From positions 3,534,001-3,598,000 of the forward strand of contig OZ234494.1 in the NCBI GenBank assembly GCA_965153455.1: a stretch of DNA of 64,000 bases, written 5' to 3'. Shown piece by piece: positions 25,983 to 37,300 of this stretch. The DNA comes from Sphagnum compactum (lineage: Eukaryota). A program made the translations under genes and the position numbers. The number at the start of each line of letters is the position of its first letter. Positions within the stretch are counted from its first letter, which is position 1. The notes under the pieces are model-generated. The model was not told where the DNA came from and made no database searches. It was given only the letters and a program-made list of their open reading frames with translations.

Positions 25983-28900
25983 TTATGAAGGTGCGCCCAA
26001 GTAGGACGCGAGTCGCAGAAGGTCACTGAACACTCCAGCTGCTGTTACTTCTGCTCCAGCACCAGGACCCCTTACTATGAGTGGTTGCTTCAAGTATCTT
26101 CTTGTGGTGAACCCAATTATGTTGTCGCTGCCTGAGAGCTGAGCAAACGCATGTGATTTTGGGTACCTTTGAAGCTCAACCCTTCCCTCATTCGCCAGCA
26201 CATCCACCACCCCTACATAGCACAAGACCTGTAGGACGACAACCCTATCATCCTCAGGAGCACATCAGGCACCTTACTCCCCCAACAGAGTAACAGTGTT
26301 GCAATCAAATTCTGTCATCCTTCCACAGGTAGAGATCTCTGGCTTTCTACTTTGCACGATGTCTTGGAATGTCTCAAAAGTGAACAATACTAAAGTAGAG
26401 CATGCATGGAGCAGAAAGCAAGGTCAAGAAAAACTGACCTGTCCTGCGGCATCTGCATCTGCTCGCTGTGCCTCCATCTCTTGATCATAGTCAGGAAGTT
26501 TATCCAAAAACTCTTCTGCTGTTGTCAGCTCCTGAGTTTAAGATCACAAACAAGTTGGAGGTGGGGGTCTCATCAAAGTTCAGTTAGAAGATCATCAATG
26601 ACAGCTGATTGAAGTCTGGTTCACAGTTTGAGAGGGTGAACAGACGATAATGTATGCATTGTAGTCCAATTTAGGGTCCACAAAGATATATGGCTTGGTG
26701 AAGGTACCCAGTAGAGAATTTTTGGTCTTGTAGGCAGATCCCATGGACAGGAAGAACAGGACAAAACTGATTAACCTCCAGTCCACCACTCAGAAGCTGA
26801 CAGACACAGAGGAAGAAAGAGGGACTTACTCGCAGTGGTTTTGGAACCAAACTCTGGATTGGAATTTCATCAAGCTCCAAATGTAATCCAGCCTCTCGAG
26901 CAAGAATAATCACCTGAGAAGTTTCCCACAAACAGTACACATTGAAAACCTCTATTACAGAGATTTGGGCTGTAATATGGAGCTTGACTAATGTACTCAG
27001 ATTAAAAAGGCACAACAAGAGCATTTGGTCATAACCCAGTCATTGAACTCAAGAGGCTTTAGAGAGACCAACTTTGCGAGCAACATCCATTCCTGAGAGG
27101 TCATCCCTAGGGTCTGGCTCTGTAAATCCAGCAGCCTTTGCCTCTGTTACAATCTGACTGAAAGACTTGCTGCCATCAAAATTGTTGAATATGTAACTCA
27201 GTGTTCCACTGCATCATCCCAGAAAAAAATCCGGAGTAAAAGAACAGCTCAAACTGAAAAGCACACATACTACCACCTCTTCACATCCCAGAGAACAGAG
27301 CAAGAGATAACAATCTCATGAAATGCCATCGAACTTCAGCGGATGGACCAACCTATACATCACTATCACATGAAAGCAGACTGTTTCATGTAAATGGAGA
27401 TAATCATCATGCATATTGCTTCACAAGATTTACCTGAATATACCCTCAATCTTTTGGATCCTATCGCCAGTCTCAAGGAGACCTCTGAGTGTACTGATGA
27501 TGGGAAGCCCAGCCCCAACTGTGGCCTCATAAAAATAGTGGGTATATGACTGCCGCTGGAGAGCTCTGAGTCGCACATACTAGAACACCACACATGGTTG
27601 CATTCAGTTTTCATGGAACCAAAACACTTTGAATCATGATTGCGTACTAACAGAACAGGAAATGTGACAGAAAACTACTTAGAACTACATGCTGTGAAGA
27701 CTTGGATGCTTTCTTTGCTTACAAAGAAAGTGCCAGAAATTGAAGCAGGACACATTTTGCAAAGACAAAAGCTCTTGATTGAGAGAGCTTGCATCAATCA
27801 GCTATAAAAGATGAGAACTTGGTGATCTGGACCAATAATGCAAGCCAATGAGGAGATTAACCTGGTCAAATGGGCCTGAATTTGCTCTCTTGTTTGGGGT
27901 GATAATGTGGATGCCTTTGGAGAGCCACTGAAAGTAGTTATCTGCCACTTTAGCACTAGCAGTGCAGTCAATGATGACAGTGTTGGGTATAAAGTGGTTG
28001 TCCTTCACGTGTGCAGTAAATTTGGCAGAGTCAGCTGCTTCTCCTTTTTCTGCCAGCAGCTTTCTCCATTTTGACAAATCTAGACCTCTGCAGGGCACAT
28101 GTGCTACACTTCAACATGAACTGCTCAAGAAATTAAGTTAGATCATATAACTCAAACATATTAGCTCAAGCAATTTCTCCACTTATTTGACCTCATTAGT
28201 AAAGAGAAGGGACATAAAATCCAAAAGCTTCTACATTTAGGTAGGTACTTACGACTGATCAAGACACATAGTCTTGGAGTCCATAATCCCCATAACCCGA
28301 AGATCAATGTTGAACTCATTCTTCAATGTTGCCACCTGAACCATTCCAGAAAGAATGTGAGCTAGCCAGCATACCTAAGACACATTCAGGATTTGTGTAC
28401 TTCCACTAGTGTCTTTCAGCAGAAGATGGTGAGTAGAACATCCAAGCTAATGTGTTGCAAAAGCACATGAAAAAAATCAACAGGACACCAGGGTGAGGAG
28501 AAAACTACTTGGTCTTTCAACTGATCCAAAAGCGTCTTTCCAATGAGACCAGGTCCAACAAGGCCGACGGCCAAGGGTGTCTTTGAAAGATAGAACCGTG
28601 AATGCACTGCCTTAAGAGCCCTGATAGAATCTTCTTGGCGGACCACCACTGTGATATTGTATTCGGAGCATCCCTGTGCTATTGCCCTGACATTTATGTT
28701 TGCCTGACCATCGCAAAGATGACACAGATAACCTTGTCACGGAAAACTGCAACACAGCAAGATTTCCCTTCATCGAACAAACAAGTGGGGATGGCAAACC
28801 TCACACCAGATAATAATGCAAGTGGTTGTGAAAATGAAGTTGACTTTCTGTGGACAGATGATACCTTGGCAAGAGCAGTGAAGAGGGTAGCACTGACACC

Positions 28901-31900
28901 AGGTGTGCTAGCCATCCGTTGCCCGACTGCTGCTAAAATGCTGCAATTCTTCACCACCTCCACCTGCATAGCTAGCACACATACCTAGTCAGACCTTTCA
29001 TCTCCACTATACTTTCACAGGTAAAGAATATTGGAATCTGGGTATGTACACGTATGATTCTCATCTCCACTTGAAGAAGACCTGGATCAGATCAGTGCAA
29101 GCAGCTTAGGAACAAAAATATAGCAACATTGATGTGCAGAGTTGTCAGATTGGCGAATTTGTGATCTCAAACCCTGTGCCAACAAGAGTTCAAAGTGTTG
29201 GAAGTACCATACATTTGACAGCCGTCCTGCTTCCAGCTCCTTCCTGAACTTGCTCATCAATGACCGATAAACAGTATCTGCCTCTTTCTCTGGAACTGCA
29301 AAGCAAACTGAATGCTCACTACTGGCCTGCAATCAATTGAAAGCATTAGGCAAGAAAGAGAAGTGCCCTACATTGCCAAAAAATTGCTAAGTGGAGCCAC
29401 CATGGAAGCTAAAAGCATCCCAAGTTCAAGATTCAATTTGCATGTAAAAAGATTTGATCTCATACCTGTGAGATCATGACCACATTGGCACCCACACCTT
29501 TCACTGCTTCAAAAATCTCACTAGCTGTTCCTGGAACTCCTACCATTCCAGTCCTGCAACCAAGCACAGCTCATTTTAGAAAAATAGGGAGTACAAAAAC
29601 CAAATGCTGGTGTTCTTTTCTGTGCAAGTGAGGTCAAATCCTGGTGAGTGGAAAATCTTCAATCATTACAGAGAAAGGCGATGTGATAGCCAAGAAAGTT
29701 CCAGAAGGTGAGATTGTAGTTATATACCCTTCAACATTCACAAGAGCAATGTTGTCAATGGTAGCAAATCCTTTGACAAGTGAATCAGTTGAATTATAGG
29801 GGACTGGCTCAGCTTCTTCTGCAAGATCTGGAAGGGAGGACCTCCCAATCATGGTACCAGGTGCTCCAACATTGAAAACGTTGCGAATAGTGATTGGAAT
29901 ATTGTATCTCATCACTGGCATGGTAGTTCGAGGGTGTAATACATTTGCACCAAAGTATGACTACACAAATTCAGGCCAACAATAGGTGTTCAAGTTGCAC
30001 TTCTTTTTTCCAATAACTGGATACACGGTACTTCGACCCTGATAGTGATTTTCATATACCCAATAAAGAATAGGGTACCATTCTTTGGTCCAAGTTAGAC
30101 CTTCATTCCTTCCTACCATTACCAACATGGTCATGTCTGAACTTGAAAGGAAACCTTTCAGCAACTAAAGACTTCAACAGTGTCCCTAAACCAGCTCTTC
30201 GCAGATTTGAAGAGAACAGAATAAAGCTAATTTGTGGATGGTTTTTAAGACTCATTTAGTGAAGAAAACCTCATCTTGCAATGAAGGGCAGGCAGACAGA
30301 GAAGCTGCAAAGCCAAATCAGATCACAAGTTTGTACTCCAAAAATGGAGCCACAGGCAGAATAGGTAACAATTGAGGAGGTGACATACCATCTCCCAGGC
30401 CTCCTGATAAGAAAGGGTCTTGAGCACAACTGCTTCACTAACTGTCCAAACATGCCCCGGAAACATTGACTGTTATATGGATAACTTCAATTCCAGAACA
30501 AGGACTGCAGTACTGTCTGTGCCAAAGGAAAATAGCGTTCAAAGAGTGAGGAAAACTCAATAAGGAACAACAGTACAGAGATGTAATCCTGGTACTCAGA
30601 ATTCCCATAGATTCTGCAGTGGGGTCTAAGAAATCAATTACAAAACTTTGGTTGACTTAGACCAGAAACTGGGGTTTTTTCAGTTTACCCAGGTTTTAAG
30701 GTCTAGAGTAACTGCTAACCCGATGGTAATTCAACCTTGTGAAGCAGCAATGGGTACCTTTTCTAGGGTCAGCACTGTAAACACCATCCACATCTGTCCA
30801 GATAGTGACCTTCTTAGCCAGAAAAAGTGCTCCCATGATTGCTGCTGAGAAGTCACTGCCATCGCGCTTCAATGTGGTTGGAATATTTTCAGGCGTGCTC
30901 GCAATGAAGCCAGTGACAATAATGGTATCAGATGGGTGTTTCTCATACCATTTATCAAGTCTCTCACCAGAGGCTTGATAATCAGGGTCCACTTGTTGCT
31001 TATTCGTTGGATGTACCACCAGCACCTCTCTCGCATCCATCCAAACACAGGGCAAACCTCTCTGCAGGAAAATGCACAATCTTTGCTGAGTCCCAGCACC
31101 TCTCACTTTCTGTCATGTTTCAGTAACCATCAGTCTACACACAAAGGGGGTTTGTGCAGGATTGATTCCTGGGTTCAGCTTATATTTGAGGACAAACAAC
31201 TCTATAATAATACAAATACACTCCTAAAACCAATCAAGTCTTCAGTTCCACTGCTGTGAGTAGCACAATACACATTTCTATGAAATTGCAGAGAAATAAA
31301 TCTCCACAACAACCATTTGAAGCTAACAAGACAACAAGTGCAGTCATAACCTTTATGAGAGTCACTCACAAATTGTCAGACCCATACAATTGTGTCAGAT
31401 ACACCTACAATTGCATTCTATAGCAGGACATGCAGACAGGCATGCCTCAGATTTCCCAACACTTTATTTTCTACAGCTTAAAACACAAGGCCTTTCTGTA
31501 GTCAAACTGATATTTGTGAGACAGTTTCAAAAGGACGTGATTGATACCTTCCTCACGGCAGAAGCAAGCATCTGTGCTGACCATAATTCACCATGGCCCG
31601 CCACCCAATCTTCAAATGTCTCAGTGGCATGCCCAGCTGTATCCCAATAACATTTACAAACAAGAGATGTTTGGAATAAGCTCGAGGCAAAAAGTTGGCT
31701 CAGGATTAAATTCCTACAAACACAATTGTCAATATCTGCTTTTGAAACAACCAACTCCAAACAAGCTTGCTAGCTCTTTTGCTGTAACAACAGTCAGTCA
31801 ATCAGTGGTCAAAGGATTAGAAGCTATTACACACACCAATGTAAATGGCACGAAGCATGGCCCGCAGATTCTGGATATCTGATTCCAAGACACTCAAGAA

Positions 31901-33567
31901 ATTGGAAAGGTCATGATGGTCATCATCATCATCCAGCAAAGCAATCGCAGTCTCGCGATGCTTCTGATGGATCGTTTCCAGGGCAGCAACATACGAGTCA
32001 TCACGGGACTGAGCTTTGTTCAACAAGTCATACATCATGTCTGTCACCTTGGACATGGCTGACACGACTGCTACTTTGTGTGGGGATGGATCTTCCACAA
32101 TTATCTTTGCTACATTCTGTATCCTTTCCCAGTTGCCAACACATGTGCCACCAAACTTGTGCACCGACCATGTCGCACCCCGTGGCAGAATCTGCTCCTT
32201 ACTTTTCTCTTCAACAAACACATCCATGTCTGCGAAAAAAATAAACCCACAACACCAACCCTAAACATGAAAAGAGAGTATTGTGGTTGGGCAAAGCGAT
32301 TTGAGTTATGTGAGCATTTCCTACTTGAAGCACACAACACACAAACAATCTCTCTTGCATCGCTAGATTTTTTGTATCAAAGGGAATAAGCAGTAAAGGA
32401 AACCTTAAGGAAGAAAGGCAAGCACAACAACCAGAGCCTCATTACTGATTCTGTTGTTGATTGTCCTTGTACTACTGCAAAAATTCACAAACAGAGACCT
32501 CTTCTTTCTTCACACAAGAACTCCATTACAACAGAGCGACAACAGAACTACAGCAGCATGATTCATGCCACAACAGAACCCTAGCAGCATGATGATTCAT
32601 GCTGCAACAGAACCTAGCAGCATGATGCTACATGCCCAAAGAAGCATTGTTGACAGCAAAAAGCTTACAGACACCGACAGCAAAAAAGCCATGCAATAGA
32701 AACACAGGCATTGTTGAGAACTCAGACCTGTAAGAGCTGCTGCTTGTATAGTAGCTGAGCTTTCACTCCTCCTGCTGCTACTGCTGCCAATTTTTGTAGC
32801 AATATTGGGCTGAGAACTGGCAACACAAAAAGGAAAGCTCAGTTTTGCTGTTAGAAGGTAATGCTTGCTTGCTGAACACAATAGACAGAAGCTTTATGGT
32901 TCAACAACAGACAGGCAGACAGACAGACTGCACTTTTTCCAGCAGTTCTACATTCAGCAATGCTCTGAAAGCAAGCTTGATTGCAATAAGACATCATCAT
33001 CATCACTCTGTGTGATGTGCAGAATCCTCATGGTAATCCTGAAATCCTCCAAAACCTGCTGCTGCACACTACTCTACAACTCTGCTGCTCTGCTCTGCTC
33101 TCTCTCTCTCTCTCAAGCTTTTTTGCTCAAAGATCTTTAAAGAATTGTCCAGTGCAGTTGTTGTTGCAAAGCGGTCTTCTTCTTCTTCTTCTTCCAAGCG
33201 ACCAAGCAAGCATTTCTTCTTCCAAGCGACCAAGCAAGCTCTCTTACAAGCTCCAGATACAACTCTCTTCTTCTTCTTCTTCACAATTCGAGCAGGAATA
33301 AGAAGAAGATGAAGAACCTTACTTGGCAGCAGCAAGCGAAAGTCTCCGGCTGCTGTACAAGGAAATGAATCCCGAAGCTCCGATTCGTGTCTGCTTCTTC
33401 TGCCTGTGTCCGGAAGAAGATCTCGAGACCTGGAGCTGGTGCGGAGGAGGCGCTACTGCTGTTGCTGCCGCCTTTGCCTTTGCATTGAAAACAACAACCT
33501 TGACAGCAGGAGAAGAGGACAACAATGGCCTACAAACAACAGCCTGCGAGAAAAACAAAAGCGCCAT
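25983..33567 (-). CDS. AK-HSDH: Bifunctional aspartate kinase / homoserine dehydrogenase, chloroplastic; 18 exons, 971 aa
   Basis: Exons 33567-33323, 32816-32728, 32229-31837, 31636-31548, 31061-30758, 30441-30389, 29960-29728, 29553-29466, 29326-29213, 28963-28865, 28703-28509, 28335-28253, 28087-27862, 27579-27434, 27208-27073, 26913-26830, 26531-26439, 26228-25983 (2916 nt, phases close). Motifs: [40 protein letters not shown] domains ([21 protein letters not shown]), GPGLIG NAD(P)-binding, [28 protein letters not shown]. Confidence 0.97.
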
Positions 33568-33657
33568 CAATCATGCTCCCCTCCCCTCGCCTCCTGGTTT
33601 CTGCAGCAGATTCTCCTGTTTCTTCTTCTTCTTCTTCTTATAGAGGAGAGGAGAGGA

Positions 33658-33692
<35 letters not shown>

Positions 33693-34327
33693 TTTTAAGC
33701 TATGGCAGCAGCAGCAGCAGCAACAGTGTGCTGTCTGACACACGCACGAGAAGAAACGGACGACGATTCTCCTCCCAAGCCTGGCCCAGACCGCCACTCT
33801 CCTCACGATGCTCAACTCCAGACCTAGAATTCCTCCACAACGGAGGAGGAGGAGGAGGAGGAGGAGGAGTTCATACAAAACCTGCCTGATTAGCTTCTTC
33901 TCTCTCTAGCTCCAGATTTTTTAGGGTTTGGAGCTCCTCCAATCTGCTGTGCTGTTGCTGCTTCGGAGTTGATTTTGTACAAAGAATTGTGTTTGCTTTC
34001 TGGTCACACATACACACACACACACACTCTCCCTCTCTCTCTCTCTCTCTCTCGCTAACAGCTTCTTGTTGCTGTTTGGAGGGGAGCAGATTCAATCTCT
34101 TGGCAGCAACCATTTTAGCTTGCTATGTTGTTGTTCTCAGTGGAACTCTGCAACAACTGGTTTCATGTTTAAGGAAGAAGAGGAAGAAGAGGACAAGTAC
34201 CAGTCGTCAGAACTCTGCAAACTTGTTTTCATATGTGGGGAAGAAGAAGAGGAGTACAACAAGTCCAAAGGGAGAATCATAGGAAGAGTTTTTTGTCATT
34301 TTATGGGCGCGTGGTGACAGGAAGAAG
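33568..34327. promoter_or_regulatory. Shared bidirectional promoter / 5' UTR region between AK-HSDH and NAA35
   Basis: Divergent start codons at 33567 (-) and 34328 (+). The interval is rich in (GA)n, (CT)n, (CAG)n, (GGA)n and (CA)n, and has a TTAGGGTTT telo-box near 33921. Confidence 0.6.
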
Positions 34328-37300
34328 ATGGAGCTCGGCTTGCACCTGGGAGGAGGACAAGGAGGAGGCAGTGCTGCAATGCCCACTGCTGCTGCAGGAG
34401 ATCAGACAACATGGGTTGATGCTTCTGGGTTCTTCTTCTCTGTTTGTGCAGGTTCTTCCTCTCACCCCTTTTCTTTCCCATTTTGTTTTGCTCTCTTTTT
34501 TCCTCATTTCCTTTGGGGTGGACATCCCCACATGTACACACATGATAGGCATCTATTTGTTGTGTGTACTTGTGAATTAGGGTTTGGAGAAACAAGATCA
34601 GAGTTTTCTGGATAACTGAGAAAACCTCTGCACCAAAAACCCCCTTTTTTGTTCTGTAGACGGTTTGATTCCAATGTTTGACTTGATAGCTCTGTTGTTT
34701 GTTGTCACATGAGCCTTCTTGAGAGTGCACAAAAAATGGGTTTTGGGACTTTTGGGAAATCTTTCAGAATTGGATGTTGGGGAGCTGATTCATGGGGAGC
34801 ATTTCAACCTGTTTGAAGCCATGTCTGCTCTTGAGGTATGCTGGCATTGACCTCCATTGCTGCTGCGAGCTGATGAATCAGTTTTTCTGGGTTTGGTTTT
34901 TGGTGGTTTTACATTTCCACTTCTCTTTGGGGTTTGTCAGAATCCTCCTAATTCCAAGTGTGGGAGAATGTCTCATTACTTATGAAGATATATATATTAT
35001 CATAGTGCGGAATCCTGTGCCAATCAGCAATTGCTATGGAGGTGTACAGAGTGAAGAATGTAGTAGTTTTGTTTGTTAAAACTTGAATGCGTTTTCTGTA
35101 TTCCATCTATAGATTATGGATCCCAAAATGGATGCTGGAATGGCAACAACAAAATACAAGACAGCTGATGAAGCAATTGAGAGTGGTGCTGCTCCCATCA
35201 ACCTGTCAGTTCACCAGCTTGTTGATGTAATGGACCATTTGTTAGCCTGTGAGGTATTGCAGTTTCTCAACTTGCATTTTTGTAATTCTTGCCATCTTTC
35301 ATCCACAATGAGATATCGATTCCTAAACCTAGAACTACAAGAGTAACAGTGCACACTTGCAGTTGAGTTCTGTGAGAAGTGAGTTTTTCCCCTGTACTAT
35401 TTGGGTACTTTTTTGGCACATCAATTGTAGTTGCTCTAGTTACTTGCAAGGAGTAGGAAATGAGCCAAAACTGGCACTGATGGTTTTTGTCCAATATGGT
35501 GACAAATGTTATTTGCTTCCTCTCCTTCAAATGCTTCTAAGTCTTCTGTGATTCTGATGGAGAGCTTGATTTGATGTTATGGGTTTTTGGCAGGCAACAT
35601 GGCATAAGGGCCATCCACTGGCACAGACAGTTTTCTCCTGCCTTTATTTGCTCAAGCTAGAGCGCACTACCCCAAATTCCTTGCTTCATGCTTTTTGCAC
35701 ATCTGTGCGAGCTACTTGTAGCTTAGTTCGCACTACAGTGGCTCTTGCAGACATTCATGAGGTGAAGCAAAATTCCTTCCCTTCCACTTCTATCTTTTTA
35801 AAGTTAAGAGGACGGTAGCTCATGAAGGAAGTTATCAGTTTGTCAAAGTGTATGGTAGGGGTGGTGGTGGAGCAGGAAGAGGATTTTGTGACAATAGCAT
35901 ATGGGCTGCCAGTGGAGGGAGAAGGTGATGCCAAATGCTTGTCTCTCTTGAGCTCTGTAGAGGAGACCATTCTGCGCCAGCTGCGTTTCACCAAGGGCAC
36001 AGCATCTGGCAAAAGAAAAGGTGGCCAAGGTACCTACTCTCTCTGATAGCTGTTTTTCTGCATATAACATAAGCTTGTTGTGTGGGTGTATGTGTGAAGC
36101 CGTACCCAAGTCAGCCATGCTTGTGTATATAGTCTTCTGTATTTCTGTTTGCAGCTTCTTATGGGGTGATGCCATGTTTGCAGAGTATACAGGGATCAAC
36201 TGAATTTCATAGTGGAATATCCTGATAAAAATCTTTGGAAATTGTTCAATCGAAACTGACCAAAGTGTCTTTAGAGTTGTAGGAGGCTGCAGAAAGGGAT
36301 GGTGAAGAACTGCGTTTTTGTCACTTACAAAAAGTTGGTCTCTTGTTCTGATGTGAAAGGGTGTTGGGAATTCAGATGCAGAGTGTTTGCAGGATGATCC
36401 AGCCTTGGAAGAGGGCTATTGTCAAGCAATTCTTTGTCGATTGCGCTTTCGTAAGGTGCTGTTACACATCTTGCTTCTAGACCACTTGCCGACCCTGTGA
36501 CCAAGGTGATAGATAACCTGTGTAGTTGTAGCTTGAATACTCTAGTCAGGATACTCTGCAAAACCATTGGTCCTCTAGGGCTACTGTTTGATTTTGCAAC
36601 TTTAAGCATTTTTTTCAATGTGTCACCAAACAAGGATTTCTGTTTCATCCTTGTTATGTGCGCCTCTTACAGGCATTTTTTCGCACATTAAGCTACATGG
36701 AAAAACCACAAGGGCGAGGGTTGGAAATGGCTCGGAAGCATATTGCAGCAGCTTTGTCTGAGCTAAGGGACATACGTTTGTCATCTGCATTTCTTGACCC
36801 TAGTTCCAATGTGGACCTGGCAAAGACTCGAAATCAGAACCTTTCATCAGATACCAATAGTAGAGATTCTGGGTTGGTCACGGAGAAGCCATCGACTGCT
36901 TCAGGAAGGCCAGCTGTTGGATTTGATGAGAGTGTTAATCGGAGATTTTTGGCACCAACCCCTCCACGTTCGATCAAAATTCTCTGCTGGGAAGATGTAA
37001 GCGCTTTTTCCTCACACTTGGGTTCATAGCTGAAACTTCCCCTGTTGTTTGTGCAGTCAACTTCAGGCACCAAATATGATATGGGTAGTCAGTGACTCTC
37101 CAGTTCAATCTGTGTTATGTTCATCTTGTAAGGGAATGGTGGATCTTGTCCACAATTATCAGATGCAGGAAAAAGGGAGTGCAGGAAAAGCATGTTATCC
37201 ATATGTTGTATCAAGCACGGGAGTACTGGTAGTTTTCTCTACTTTTCATGCGTCCTAAGTTGAATCGGTGATGAATTTCAGGCACTGAAGTACTTTGAGC

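Noticed and set aside
32446-32474. Possible extra AK-HSDH microexon (tttttgcag|TAGTACAAGG...TCA|gtaatg)
   Set aside because: Its 29 nt break the frame, and exons 2 and 3 already join in phase. It could only be a poison exon, with no support.
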